Assembly (NCBI GenBank): GCA_031272885.1
Contig: JAISSX010000059.1
Coordinates: forward strand, 6,021 to 70,020
Direction of reading: 5' to 3'
Origin: Bifidobacteriaceae bacterium
Lineage (GTDB): Bacteria > Actinomycetota > Actinomycetes > Actinomycetales > WQXJ01
DNA: 64,000 bases
In this document: piece by piece, positions 1-9,400 of the stretch
Layout of the letters: the number at the start of each line of letters is the position of its first letter
How positions within the stretch are numbered: position 1 is the stretch's first letter
Translations under genes and position numbers: made by a program
The notes under the pieces: generated by a model
What the model was told of the DNA's origin: nothing
Databases searched by the model: none
The model's input: the letters and a program-made list of their open reading frames with translations, nothing else

Positions 1-493
1 ACTGGTGGAACACCGGCTCTAGTTCCGGTTCGTCCGTCAGCACGTAGCCGACGATGCCGCCCCCCTGCACGTCATCGTCGAAAGGCGATTCATCGCTGCC
101 GCCGAAGTATCCGGGCACCGGTTCCGGCTGCGGGCCGAAGATGGGCTCGCGGTAGCGGCTCTTGGGCACCGAGCAGTCGTTGAAGATGACTGGCATCATC
201 GTCATGCCGTGCAGGTCAAGCAGCGCCAACAGCTCATCGAGGTGGGCGAAGAAGGCGTCATGCTGGTGCTGCCACACCTCGAACGGTAGGTAGAAGCGAA
301 TCGAGTTCAGGCCCAGGCTGGCGGCCAGGGCGATCTCGCGGGCGGCGTCGCGGTAGGCCACTTCATGCTGGTACTCCTGAAGCAGCCAAAGCCCGCCGTT
401 CATGGCGCCGCTGGGAATGAAATTGAAGCCCGTGATCCAGTCCCGCGAGGTGTACCAATCCCACGCCTGGTCTTCGGTCCAACGTTGTTTCAT
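1..493 (-). CDS. Glycoside hydrolase, TIM-barrel GH5-like/cellulase-superfamily; N-terminal ~164 aa only, gene continues past the window start
   Basis: Absent from the ORF track because it runs off the 5' edge. Reverse-strand ATG at 491-493. Translation MKQRWTEDQAWDWYTSRDWITGFNFIPSGAMNGGLWLLQEYQHEV...LGLNSIRFYLPFEVW...MPVIFNDC stays open to position 2. No signal peptide. Lies 46 nt downstream of the BNR gene on the same strand. Confidence 0.6.
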   Translation of the reverse strand, partial: MKQRWTEDQAWDWYTSRDWITGFNFIPSGAMNGGLWLLQEYQHEVAYRDAAREIALAASLGLNSIRFYLPFEVWQHQHDAFFAHLDELLALLDLHGMTMMPVIFNDCSVPKSRYREPIFGPQPEPVPGYFGGSDESPFDDDVQGGGIVGYVLTDEPELEPVFHQ

Positions 494-539
494 GGTGTTG
501 TGTCCTTAGTATCTAGATGTCTTGGTAGGGGCGGCGGGC

Positions 540-1682
540 TCAGCCCGCGGTTTCCATCCGTACGGCCTGGCGCCAATCGCCCTCGATGACGGCCACCACC
601 ACGTCGTGGCTGGCGTCGCCGTCGCCGCGCACCGAGGTGGCCTGCACCAGTTCGCCGGCGGCGTTGAAACGCACCGACTGGCTGTAACCCGAGGCGTCGG
701 CGTGCACCTTGCGCTTGGCCGCCACCGGCAGCTCGAAGGCATGCCAGGTGGCGCCCAGGTCGTCGCTCAGCAGCGCGTGGTTGGCCTCGTGCCCGTCCAG
801 CCACGAATGCCGGGCGGTGGCCACCAGGGTGGCGCCGCCTTGGCCGTCCGGGCACCAGGCGATGTTGGGGGTGCCGGATAGCTGCACGCCTTCGACGGAA
901 GTCAACTGCAAGCCCAGGTCAGCGGGCTCACCCCAGTGGACGCCATCGGGCGATGTCCGCAGGTAGATGGGCACCTCGTAGGGGCCCACCACCTCGACCA
1001 CGGCCCGATAGGTGCCGTCCGGCAGCGGGCCGGTGGCCACGAACATGCCGGGACGGGTCCAACGGTTGGGCACGCCCACAATGACCTCTTTGTCGGACCA
1101 GTTCCGCAGGTCCGTGGTGGACCGGCGGGAGATGACCTGCAGCATGCCCTTGGGCTTCTCGCGTTCGTCGGCATAGGCGCAGTACAGCACGCCATCGACC
1201 AGCAGCAAGTCTGGTTCCCAAATGGCCGTGGTGGTGGACGTGCGGCTGGGGTCGTACACCGCCGGGCCGCCTTGGTCTATCACGGTCTGGAAGGACCAAC
1301 TGGCGCCACCGTCCGTGCTGGAATAGATGACCAGGGTGGTGGAGGAGCCGTCCGCGGGTATCGAACTGCCGGCCAACAGCAGATCGCCCCGGTGCAGGTG
1401 GGCGAAGTCGGCCGGCAGTTCGTAGATGACGGGCTGGTAGCGGTTGCCGCGGCCGAAATGATCGGCCACTTCACCGAACTTGCGCCAGGTGCGGCCGCCG
1501 TCGTCGCTGCGGAACACCGGGAAGGCGGGCCCGCCCGGGCGGTCCACGCCCAGGCGTAGCTCCCAGGTCAGCAGCAGGGCGCCTTCGTTGGGTCCGTCCG
1601 GGTCGCACACGATCACCCGGGTGTACATCGACCCGGCTTCACCCACCACACCCCGGTGGACGGTACTGGTGGTTACCTTCAT
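540..1682 (-). CDS. BNR/Asp-box sialidase-fold glycoside hydrolase (beta-propeller; possibly GH93-type exo-arabinanase given context), cytoplasmic
   Basis: Asp-box motifs SDDGGRTW, STDGGASW, SPDGVHW and SDDLGATW. I place the start at the internal ATG 1680-1682 (MKVTTSTVH) because a GGAGG lies 6-7 nt upstream; the 405-aa track ORF is over-extended. No signal peptide. Confidence 0.7.
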   Translation of the reverse strand: MKVTTSTVHRGVVGEAGSMYTRVIVCDPDGPNEGALLLTWELRLGVDRPGGPAFPVFRSDDGGRTWRKFGEVADHFGRGNRYQPVIYELPADFAHLHRGDLLLAGSSIPADGSSTTLVIYSSTDGGASWSFQTVIDQGGPAVYDPSRTSTTTAIWEPDLLLVDGVLYCAYADEREKPKGMLQVISRRSTTDLRNWSDKEVIVGVPNRWTRPGMFVATGPLPDGTYRAVVEVVGPYEVPIYLRTSPDGVHWGEPADLGLQLTSVEGVQLSGTPNIAWCPDGQGGATLVATARHSWLDGHEANHALLSDDLGATWHAFELPVAAKRKVHADASGYSQSVRFNAAGELVQATSVRGDGDASHDVVVAVIEGDWRQAVRMETAG

Positions 1683-1731
1683 GATTACCTCCGCTTCGAG
1701 GTGTTTGTATTCGGGTTGGTGTGGGGTCGCT

Positions 1732-2610
1732 TCAGCCCTTGATGCCGACAGTGGCAATGCCCTCGATGAAGCGGCGTTGCACGATGGCGAAGACGACTAT
1801 CAGCGGCAGCACCGAGATCAGGGCGCCGGCCATCGAGACCCCGTACGGGATCACGCCTTGGGCGGTGCCGTTCAGCAACGCCAGGCCGGCGGTCAAGGTT
1901 CGGTCGCTGGCCGCGTTGGTCATCACCATGGGCCACAGCATGTCGTTCCAGTTGCCGATGAAGTTGAACATGCCCAGGGTCAGCAGGCCGGCCGAGGCGT
2001 TGGGCAGCACGATGTTCCAGTAGATGCGGAACTCCGAGGCGCCATCGATCCGGGCGGCGTTGTCAAGGTCGCGCGGAATCATGACGAAGAACTGCCGCAA
2101 CAGGAAGATGCCGGCCACGTCAGAGGCACGTGGCACGCACAGGCCAACCATGGTGCCGATCCAGCCGAAATCGGCCAGCATGCGGTACAGCGGAATCAAC
2201 AGGGTTTGGAACGGCACCATCATGGTGGCGATCAGGATGGCCAGGATCAGGCCGCGGCCTCTGAAGTTGATGCAGGCCAGGGCGTAGGCCGCCATCGAAT
2301 CCAGGAACAGGGACGCGACCGTGACGAAGACCGACATCATGACCGTGTTGGCCAACTGGTCCCACACCGGGATGCGGTCGAACACCTCGGGGAAGTTGGC
2401 CAGGGTCCAGCTGTCCGGCAGGAAGGTGGGTGGCCAGGACAGCACCTGGTCTTGGGGCGAGAAGGCCGTGATGACGATGACGATCAGCGGCAGGGCGCAG
2501 ACGGTGGCGGCGAACAGGCAGAGCAGGGTCGCCAGGATGGTGCTGATCAGGCGCCGGCGGTGCCGACCGGTCCGCATGGTCTGGCCTGGGTTCAGAGTCG
2601 CGGTGCTCAT
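1732..2610 (-). CDS. Carbohydrate ABC transporter permease (MalG-type)
   Basis: 292 aa, six hydrophobic segments, EAA-loop-like DNAARIDGASEFRIYWNIVLP. Overlaps the upstream permease by 4 nt. Confidence 0.9.
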   Translation of the reverse strand: MSTATLNPGQTMRTGRHRRRLISTILATLLCLFAATVCALPLIVIVITAFSPQDQVLSWPPTFLPDSWTLANFPEVFDRIPVWDQLANTVMMSVFVTVASLFLDSMAAYALACINFRGRGLILAILIATMMVPFQTLLIPLYRMLADFGWIGTMVGLCVPRASDVAGIFLLRQFFVMIPRDLDNAARIDGASEFRIYWNIVLPNASAGLLTLGMFNFIGNWNDMLWPMVMTNAASDRTLTAGLALLNGTAQGVIPYGVSMAGALISVLPLIVVFAIVQRRFIEGIATVGIKG

Positions 2611-3575
2611 ACCAGATCACGCTCCTGTCGCTTGTTGATGGTGAGTTGGATGACGCCCACCACCATCGTGATGAGCATCAGGATGAAGGCCAGGGACGAG
2701 GCGTAGCCCTGGCGGAAGTTGGTGAAACCTTCCGTGTAGACGCGGTACACAATGGTCTCCGTGGTCCGTGACGGCCCGCCTTTGGTCATGATGTAGATCT
2801 GGTCGAAGGCCTGGAAGGCGCCGGTGGCGGCCAAGATGATGACGTAGGTCATGGTGGAACGCAGGCCCGGCAGGGTCACGCTCCAGAAGCGCTGCCAGGC
2901 GCTGGCGCCGTCGATCTCGGCGGCTTCGTAGAGGTCGCGCGGAATGCCTTGCAGGCCGGCGATGAAGATCACCATGAAGTAGCCGAAGTTTTTCCACACG
3001 GCCACGAAGATGACCGTTGGCATGGCCCAGAACGTGTCATGCAGCAGGTCGGGCATCTGGGTGTGGAAGATCTGGCTGAACCAGTACGGGATGATGCCGG
3101 TGTTGGCGTCGATCAGGAAGCTCCAGGACAGGGCCGCCACTGCCATTGAGATGATGAACGGCAGGAAGATCACCGTGCGGAAGAAGCCGCGGAACGGAAT
3201 GTCTTTGCGGTTCAGCAGCATGGCCATGAGCAGGGCCACGATGATCACCAGTGGCGCGTAGCCGATGGCGTACTGCAGGGTATGGAGCACAGCACCGCGG
3301 GTATCGGCGTCGGTAAAGACCCGGGCGTAGTTGGCGAACCCCTGCCATTCCGGGGCCTTGAAGCCGCTGGCGTTGGTGAACGACAGGCCGAAGGCGTAGA
3401 AGGTGGGGTAGAAGACGAAGACGGCCAGGATGGCCAGGCCGGGAGCTAGAAAGCCGGCGCCGGCAATGTTGCGGCGGCGGGCCAGCTTCTTGCTGCCGTG
3501 GGGCCGGGCGTACTGGGCTTCGGCCCTGGCCCGGCTGATGGAACGGGGGGGCTTATAGCGGGACTCTTTTGGCAT
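2607..3575 (-). CDS. Carbohydrate ABC transporter permease (MalF-type)
   Basis: 322 aa, EAA loop YEAAEIDGASAWQRFWSVTLP, membrane-spanning profile. Confidence 0.9.
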   Translation of the reverse strand: MPKESRYKPPRSISRARAEAQYARPHGSKKLARRRNIAGAGFLAPGLAILAVFVFYPTFYAFGLSFTNASGFKAPEWQGFANYARVFTDADTRGAVLHTLQYAIGYAPLVIIVALLMAMLLNRKDIPFRGFFRTVIFLPFIISMAVAALSWSFLIDANTGIIPYWFSQIFHTQMPDLLHDTFWAMPTVIFVAVWKNFGYFMVIFIAGLQGIPRDLYEAAEIDGASAWQRFWSVTLPGLRSTMTYVIILAATGAFQAFDQIYIMTKGGPSRTTETIVYRVYTEGFTNFRQGYASSLAFILMLITMVVGVIQLTINKRQERDLV

Positions 3576-3620
3576 GTCATGACCTCCTCAGAGCACCTTT
3601 GGACGAAGAGGATTATTGGG

Positions 3621-3671
3621 CTGTGGCCGGGACGGGCCGCCGCGGTGTGCGCGTGGCCGTCCCGGCCACAG
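3621..3671 (-). terminator. Intercistronic stem-loop between the SBP and permease genes (partial terminator / mRNA stabiliser)
   Basis: Perfect 15-bp inverted repeat, ctgtggccgggacgg (3621-3635) / ccgtcccggccacag (3657-3671). On the minus strand it is followed by a moderately U-rich stretch before the permease RBS. Confidence 0.5.
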
Positions 3672-3686
3672 ACCGTGATTGGTCAA

Positions 3687-5063
3687 TCAGCCGTTGAGGT
3701 AACCGGTGATCTTCTCTTGGGCGGTGGCCAGCAGCGACGGGACGTCGCCACCCTTGAAGGCCGAACTCACCAGGGTGTCAACCTCGGCCGCGATGTCCGG
3801 CAGCGAGGCGGCGGAACCGCTCATGTAGAAGTGGGCGTACTCCGAATACTGCGACAGGGTGCCGATGATCTCGTAGGCCATCTCCTCCTGCGGGATGTCG
3901 CCCCGGTTGGGCGGGTAGTAGGACTCGGTCCAGATGACCTGCTGTTCGTACGAGTTCCAGAAGTCCTCGAACGCATACAGGGCGGCCTTCTCTTCGGGCG
4001 TGTCGTTCATGGAGGTGGACCACCAGTAGTTGGCCACACCAGCCGTCCAGGTGCCCGGCCAGCCGAACACGGAGCACGGAATGCCGAAGCTCTGAGCCGA
4101 GGTGATCTCCCACGGGCCGTTGAAGATCATGCCGGCGCGGCCGGCGCCGAACAGTTCCATGGCGGCGGTGGAGTCGATGCCGGTGGGGCTGATCTTGTCC
4201 TCGACCACGGCCTTCTGCAGCATCTCGAGGGTGGCGATGTTCTCGGGCGAATCCAGGTAGGCCACGCCGTCGGTGATGAAGTCGCCGCCACCGGAGTGCA
4301 GCCAGGTGGAGAGCTGGATCGAGTTGTCGCTGGTGTCTGGGATGGCGAAGCCGTAGGTCTCGGGCGTGCCGTCGCCGTTTTCATCGACGGTCATCTTCTT
4401 GGCCACTTCCATCAGTTCGGGGATGGTGGTGGGGATGTCGGCGTCGGTCAGGCCGGCGGCTGCCCACAGGTCGGTGTTGTAGTAGACCGAGTAGGGGGCG
4501 GTGCCCATCGGGGCGCCATAGATCTCGCCGTTCCAGGTGACCTGGTCGATCAGGTTCTCATAGACCGCGAACTGGTTCTTGTACGTGGTGGTGTCGTCGT
4601 AGTAGTCCTGCTGCGAGATGAAGGCACCCTGGTTGATGTAGCCAAGGGCCACGTCCGGGCCGTACACCATGGCGTTGGGGCCGTCGCCGGAGCCGAGGGA
4701 GGTGACCAGCTTCTCGATGATGGAAGACCAAGCCATTTGTTCGGCCGTGACGTGGTACTGGCTCTGTGAGGCGTTGAAGTTGTCGATGATCTTCTGTACC
4801 ACATCGCCATCGGCCTCGGTGTAGCCGTGCCACAGCAGAATGTTCGTGACGCCCTCGGCCGTGCTGCCGCTGTCGCCACTGCTGTCGCCACCGGAGGTGG
4901 CCTCGGTGCTGTCGCCGCCGCCGCCACCATCGCTCGAGCTGCTGTCGTCGCTGCAGGCCGCCAGCCCCACCAGGGACAGTGCAGCAACCATGCTGATCGT
5001 TGTCGCTTTCCATCCGCGCATGCGCATTAGATCCTCCTTGACCTGTTCGGTTGATGTTGCCAA
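3687..5063 (-). CDS. Sugar ABC transporter substrate-binding lipoprotein
   Basis: 458 aa. Signal peptide with lipobox LVGLAAC, a Ser/Gly/Asp-rich linker, then a family-1 extracellular solute-binding fold. Confidence 0.9.
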   Translation of the reverse strand: MATSTEQVKEDLMRMRGWKATTISMVAALSLVGLAACSDDSSSSDGGGGGDSTEATSGGDSSGDSGSTAEGVTNILLWHGYTEADGDVVQKIIDNFNASQSQYHVTAEQMAWSSIIEKLVTSLGSGDGPNAMVYGPDVALGYINQGAFISQQDYYDDTTTYKNQFAVYENLIDQVTWNGEIYGAPMGTAPYSVYYNTDLWAAAGLTDADIPTTIPELMEVAKKMTVDENGDGTPETYGFAIPDTSDNSIQLSTWLHSGGGDFITDGVAYLDSPENIATLEMLQKAVVEDKISPTGIDSTAAMELFGAGRAGMIFNGPWEITSAQSFGIPCSVFGWPGTWTAGVANYWWSTSMNDTPEEKAALYAFEDFWNSYEQQVIWTESYYPPNRGDIPQEEMAYEIIGTLSQYSEYAHFYMSGSAASLPDIAAEVDTLVSSAFKGGDVPSLLATAQEKITGYLNG

Positions 5064-5116
5064 TCACGGTGGAGCATCCTTGGGCCGCCTACGGTGGCAA
5101 CCGCTTGCAAGGGGCT

Positions 5117-5212
5117 CCGTTACATCGTTGTAACGGAACCTAGCACCCCTCCGTGCCGCGGCGCAAGAGAATTTTTCCAACGTTGTATAACATTTTGATA
5201 ACGCTGTAACGG
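5117..5212. promoter_or_regulatory. Three CG-centred operator-like palindromes upstream of the SBP operon
   Basis: ccgttacatcgttgtaacgg (5117-5136), ttccaacgttgtataa (5176-5190) and ttgataacgctgtaacgg (5195-5212). They share the ACAACGTTGT-type core with the site at 6295-6308. Confidence 0.45.
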
Positions 5213-5397
5213 CTCCCTTCCCCCGCGCTGCCCCTTCTGTCCCTACCCTCCTCGGCTTGCTCACGCCCGATGCCGTCCCACCCCGACCGGCCCGCCTCCG
5301 GTGGCGGTCACCTTCCTGAGGGGTCCATTTGAGGGCCGATGTCGCATGGGGCAGAGGGTTGGCGGTTGTGTACGTCAGGCGGCGTACACTAGCTGTC

Positions 5398-5670
5398 ATG
5401 GATACGGCAGTTCGAGATAGGCGCCTTTCGTTGCGTTTGACCGCCAGTGATGATGATTTGATTCGGGCGGCAGCCCAGGTCGAGGGTGCGACCATGACCG
5501 ATTTCACCACCAGGGCTGCTGTGGCCAGGGCAAGAAGCACCCTGGCCGAGCAACTCATCGTGCGGTTGGACCCGGCCGCCTGGGAGGCCTTCCTTGACGC
5601 ACTGGACCATCCGGCTTCCAGGCCGCGCCTGGAACGGCTCATGAGCGAGCCCTCGGTCTTCGAACGTTGA
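5398..5670 (+). CDS. DUF1778-family (TacA-like, RHH) antitoxin
   Basis: MDTAVRDRRLSLRLTASDDDLIRAAAQVEGATMTDFTTRAA... is typical of DUF1778. The stop overlaps the start of the GNAT gene (TGATG). The longer 5329 start in the track is unlikely. Confidence 0.8.
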   Translation: MDTAVRDRRLSLRLTASDDDLIRAAAQVEGATMTDFTTRAAVARARSTLAEQLIVRLDPAAWEAFLDALDHPASRPRLERLMSEPSVFER

Positions 5671-6182
5671 TGGGCGGGTCGGTGGCTCCGCTGATCCGCC
5701 CCATCACGGCCACGGATGGTGCATCAGAGTTCGATTGCGGCCAGAGCGATCTAAACACCTACCTCAGAGTGCGAGCCTGGCCAAACCACCGTGACGGTGC
5801 CGCCCGTTGTTTCGTAGCCACCCAGGACGGCCACGTCATTGGCTATTACGCCCTGGCCGCAGGCCAAGTTGAACGCAACCTTATGCCCGGGCGGGTGCGC
5901 CGGAACATGCCGGACCCGTTGCCGGCTATCGTCCTGGCAAGGCTGGCCATAGACCTGCAGTGGCAGGGCAAGGGCCTGGGTGCCGGCCTGCTCAAAGACG
6001 CCCTGCAACGAGCCCAATCGGCTAGCCAGATCATCGGTGCCCGCGTGCTGATTGTCCACGCCATTGACGAAGCGGCCCAGTCCTTCTACAACCATTTCGA
6101 CTTCAGCCCATTCCCAGGTGAGCCGCTCGCTCTGTTCATTCCTCTCTGGCAAGCCGGATCGCGTGGTGGGCGGGGAGCCTGA
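5670..6182 (+). CDS. GNAT-family acetyltransferase toxin (TacT-like)
   Basis: Paired with DUF1778. Acetyl-CoA-binding motif QWQGKGLGAGLL. Size about 170 aa. Confidence 0.8.
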   Translation: MGGSVAPLIRPITATDGASEFDCGQSDLNTYLRVRAWPNHRDGAARCFVATQDGHVIGYYALAAGQVERNLMPGRVRRNMPDPLPAIVLARLAIDLQWQGKGLGAGLLKDALQRAQSASQIIGARVLIVHAIDEAAQSFYNHFDFSPFPGEPLALFIPLWQAGSRGGRGA

Positions 6183-6248
6183 CCGTATCAGTCTCGTCGT
6201 ACCGGACGTCCGGCCGGCAGAGACACCAAGGCCGGGAGGAATTGACCA

Positions 6249-6310
6249 TTGACGCCCCGGGCGCCGCTTCGCTACGATCGGCTGCAACGTTGGAATACAA
6301 CGTTGTATCG
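6249..6310 (+). promoter_or_regulatory. Candidate sigma70-type promoter plus operator for the GH51 genes
   Basis: TTGACG (6249-6254), an 18-nt spacer, then TACGAT (6273-6278). Immediately downstream are gcaacgttgg and the perfect 14-bp palindrome atacaacgttgtat (6295-6308). Confidence 0.45.
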
Positions 6311-6372
6311 AACCGACCAGACCCGGCCCTGATCGACAACAGGCACCGTCGCCATCATCAACGGAGGGCAGC

Positions 6373-7890
6373 ATGACTCAATCAACCGTCACCCAAGCCG
6401 CCGCCCACACCGCCCTGACCAGGGGCGCCGTCGACCCCTTGCTGTTCGGCTCGTTCGTGGAGCATATGGGCCGCGTGGTCTATTCGGGCATCTACGAACC
6501 GGGCCACCCGCGGGCGGACGAAGCCGGCCGGCGCCTGGACGTCATCGAGCAGATCAAGGCGATGGGCGTCACCTGCATCCGCTACCCGGGGGGCAACTTC
6601 GTTTCTGGCCACGACTGGCGCGACATGATCGGCCCGGTGGCGGAGCGTCCCCGCCGGCTGGACCTGGCTTGGCGCGCCATCGAGACCCACCAGTTTGGCC
6701 TGGCCGAGTTCCTTGATTGGGCCGCCCTGGCCGGCGTGGAGCCGATGCTGACCGTCAACCTGGGCACGGCCGGTATCCGCGAGGCCATCGCCATGGTGGA
6801 GTACTGCAACTTCCCGGGCGGCACCCGCGAATCCGACCTGCGCCGGGCCCACGGCCGGGCCGAGCCGTGGGGCGTCAAACGCTGGTGCCTGGGTAATGAG
6901 ATGGATGGCCCTTGGCAGATCGGCCAGAAGACCGCGCAGGAGTATGGCCGCCTAGCGGCCGAGGTAGCCAAGGCGATGCGCCTGGTTGACGAGGACATCA
7001 AACTGGCGGCCTGCGGCAGTTCCAGTTCGGACATGCCCACCTACCCGGCCTGGGAATTGGAAGTGCTGCGCCACACCTATCCCTACGTGGACTACCTGGC
7101 GGTACACCGCTACTACGGCGGCGACACCGAGGATGCCGGCCTCTTCTTGGCCAAGGCGCTGGACTTTGACCGCTACCTGACCACCCTTGAGGCGGTTTGC
7201 GACGTGGTTAAGGCCGAAAAGCGCTCCAGTAAGCCAATGGCCATCAGCGTGGACGAATGGGGTGTTTGGGACTTCAGCGACGACACGGCGACGGAGAACG
7301 CGCCGCCGTGGCTGGTGGCGCCCGCCTTCGCCGAGCAGGTCTACACCCTGCAGGACACGCTGCTGTTCGGCTCCCTGTTGTTGACCATGTTGCGGCATGC
7401 CGACCGGGTCAAGATGGCCTGCCAGTCGCTGCTGACCAACATCAGTGCCTGCATCATGGCGAAGCCCGGCGGTGAGGTCTGGCTGCAGCCCATCTTCTAC
7501 CCGTTTGCGCAGGTGGCCGCCTTCGCCGGGGCCCAGGTGCTGCAGACCGGCACTCAGGGTCCGGTCTACGACGCCGGGGATGAGACGGCCGTGCCGGTGA
7601 TCGACTTCGTGGCATTGCACGATGCCGCCCGGCAGCGGTTGGGGGTGTTCGCCATCAACCGGGACGCCACCTCGGAGCAGACCCTGGAACTGGACCTGGC
7701 CGGCTGCGGCGACGTGACCGTGGCCGAACACACCGTCCTGACCCACCCGGACCGGTTCGCCACCAATCGGGACAACCACCAGGCCGTGGTGCCGCAGCCG
7801 GGTGACGGGGGCGCCATCGGGCGCGGCAGGCTGACCGTCAAACTGCCGCCGCTGTCTTGGACGGCCGTAACGCTGAGCACGCAGGGCTGA
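6373..7890 (+). CDS. abfA: Alpha-L-arabinofuranosidase, GH51
   Basis: FGSFVEHMGRVVYSGIYEPGHP, IRYPGGNFVSGHDW, WCLGNEMDGPWQIG (acid/base Glu context), 505 aa. No signal peptide. Confidence 0.9.
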   Translation: MTQSTVTQAAAHTALTRGAVDPLLFGSFVEHMGRVVYSGIYEPGHPRADEAGRRLDVIEQIKAMGVTCIRYPGGNFVSGHDWRDMIGPVAERPRRLDLAWRAIETHQFGLAEFLDWAALAGVEPMLTVNLGTAGIREAIAMVEYCNFPGGTRESDLRRAHGRAEPWGVKRWCLGNEMDGPWQIGQKTAQEYGRLAAEVAKAMRLVDEDIKLAACGSSSSDMPTYPAWELEVLRHTYPYVDYLAVHRYYGGDTEDAGLFLAKALDFDRYLTTLEAVCDVVKAEKRSSKPMAISVDEWGVWDFSDDTATENAPPWLVAPAFAEQVYTLQDTLLFGSLLLTMLRHADRVKMACQSLLTNISACIMAKPGGEVWLQPIFYPFAQVAAFAGAQVLQTGTQGPVYDAGDETAVPVIDFVALHDAARQRLGVFAINRDATSEQTLELDLAGCGDVTVAEHTVLTHPDRFATNRDNHQAVVPQPGDGGAIGRGRLTVKLPPLSWTAVTLSTQG

Positions 7891-7915
7891 CAGGGCAAGG
7901 GAAAGGGGTGAACCC

Positions 7916-9400
7916 ATGCTTCGCGCAACCATCGCGCTGGACCGCGGCGCCACCGTGGCGCAGACCGATGACCGGCTGTTCTCCAGCTTCCTGGAGCACC
8001 TTGGCCGCGCCATTTACACCGGTATATTCGAACCGGACCACCCGGTGGCTGACAAGCGCGGCTTCCGCCGGGACGTGCTTGAGCTGGTGCGGGACCTGGG
8101 CGTGTCCCACGTGCGCTACCCGGGTGGCAACTTCCTGTCCGGCTACGACTGGTGGGACGGCGTAGGGCCGCGGGACCAGCGGCCAACGCGGCTGGACCTG
8201 GCCTGGCACTCGCTTGAACCCAACCTGTTCGGCTGGGGTGAGTTTGCCGACTGGTCCAAGGCCGCCGGCACCCAGATCATGGGCGCCGTCAACCTGGGCA
8301 CAGGCACCCCAATGGAGGCCGGCCACCTGCTGGAATACACCAACCGGCCGGCCGACACGCTGTGGGCGGACCGCCGCGTGGCCCACGGCCACCCGGAACC
8401 CTGGGATGTGCGCCTGTGGTGCCTGGGCAACGAGATGGACGGCGAATGGCAGATCGGCCACCTGGAGGCCAGGGCCTACGGCTTGAAGGCCAGGGAAGCG
8501 GCCAAGATCATGCGGCAGGTTGATCCGTCCATCGAACTGGTGGCTTGCGGCAGCGCCACCGTGCTGCAGCCCACCTTCCCGGCCTGGGACCGGGTGGTGC
8601 TGGAAGAGACCTTTGACCAGGTCGATTACCTATCCCTGCACCGCTACTACGAGAACGAAGGCAACGACCTGGACTTCCTGGCTTCCTTCGTGGACATGGG
8701 TGACTTCATCCACACCATTGGCGGCACGGTTGACCACGTGCGGGCGGTCAAGCGGTCCCGCAAGCAGATCTACCTGTCGTTCGACGAATGGAACGTGTGG
8801 TACCAGGCTCACCAAGAACCGCACCCTTGGGAACAGGCGCCGCGCCTGCTGGAAGACCGCTATTCCCTGCTGGACGCCCTGGTTTTCGCCGGCCTGGGCA
8901 TGACACTGGTGAACCACGCCGACCGGGTCAAGATTGCCTGCCTGGCCCAACTGGTCAACGTCATCGCCCCCATCCTGACCGAGCCCGGCGGCGGTGTGCT
9001 GAAGCAGACCATCTACTACCCGTTCCAACTTCTGTCCCGCTATGGCCGCGGCACCGTGTTGCGGCCGTCGGTGCAAGTGGAGCAGGTTGAGACCCGGTAC
9101 GGCGAGGCGCCTTTGGTGCATACCAGCGTGGTGGCCGATGCCGCCGGTGAAGTTGTGACGGTGTTCCTGCTGTCGATCGCGGACCAGCCGGTGGTGGCGG
9201 AGGTTGACCTGCGCGGTTTCGGGGCCCGCCGCCTGGTGTCGCACACCTGCCTGGAGGGACCGGACCTGGGTGCGGTCAACACCTTCGCAGTGCCCGATGC
9301 CGTGGTTCCCCGCGAGGTGGCCTGCCCGCCGGAGGTTGGCGTTTCTCACCAGGTCGAGTTGGGGCCGCGGTCGTTCCACGTGCTGCGGTTTGGGCTCTAG
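7916..9400 (+). CDS. Alpha-L-arabinofuranosidase, GH51 (second paralog)
   Basis: FSSFLEHLGRAIYTGIFEPDHP, VRYPGGNFLSGYDW, WCLGNEMDGEWQIG, 494 aa. Confidence 0.9.
   Translation: MLRATIALDRGATVAQTDDRLFSSFLEHLGRAIYTGIFEPDHPVADKRGFRRDVLELVRDLGVSHVRYPGGNFLSGYDWWDGVGPRDQRPTRLDLAWHSLEPNLFGWGEFADWSKAAGTQIMGAVNLGTGTPMEAGHLLEYTNRPADTLWADRRVAHGHPEPWDVRLWCLGNEMDGEWQIGHLEARAYGLKAREAAKIMRQVDPSIELVACGSATVLQPTFPAWDRVVLEETFDQVDYLSLHRYYENEGNDLDFLASFVDMGDFIHTIGGTVDHVRAVKRSRKQIYLSFDEWNVWYQAHQEPHPWEQAPRLLEDRYSLLDALVFAGLGMTLVNHADRVKIACLAQLVNVIAPILTEPGGGVLKQTIYYPFQLLSRYGRGTVLRPSVQVEQVETRYGEAPLVHTSVVADAAGEVVTVFLLSIADQPVVAEVDLRGFGARRLVSHTCLEGPDLGAVNTFAVPDAVVPREVACPPEVGVSHQVELGPRSFHVLRFGL

Noticed and set aside
3498-4769. 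Long antisense ORFs opposite real genes. Examples: 3498..4769 +, 6952..8013 -, 20475..21302 +, 34401..35975 +, 55519..56685 +, 60277..61056 -, 62109..62864 +.
   Set aside because: These are typical high-GC shadow ORFs. Their translations are Arg/Gly/Pro/His-rich low-complexity with no recognisable motifs, and each is fully overlapped by a gene with strong family signatures on the other strand.
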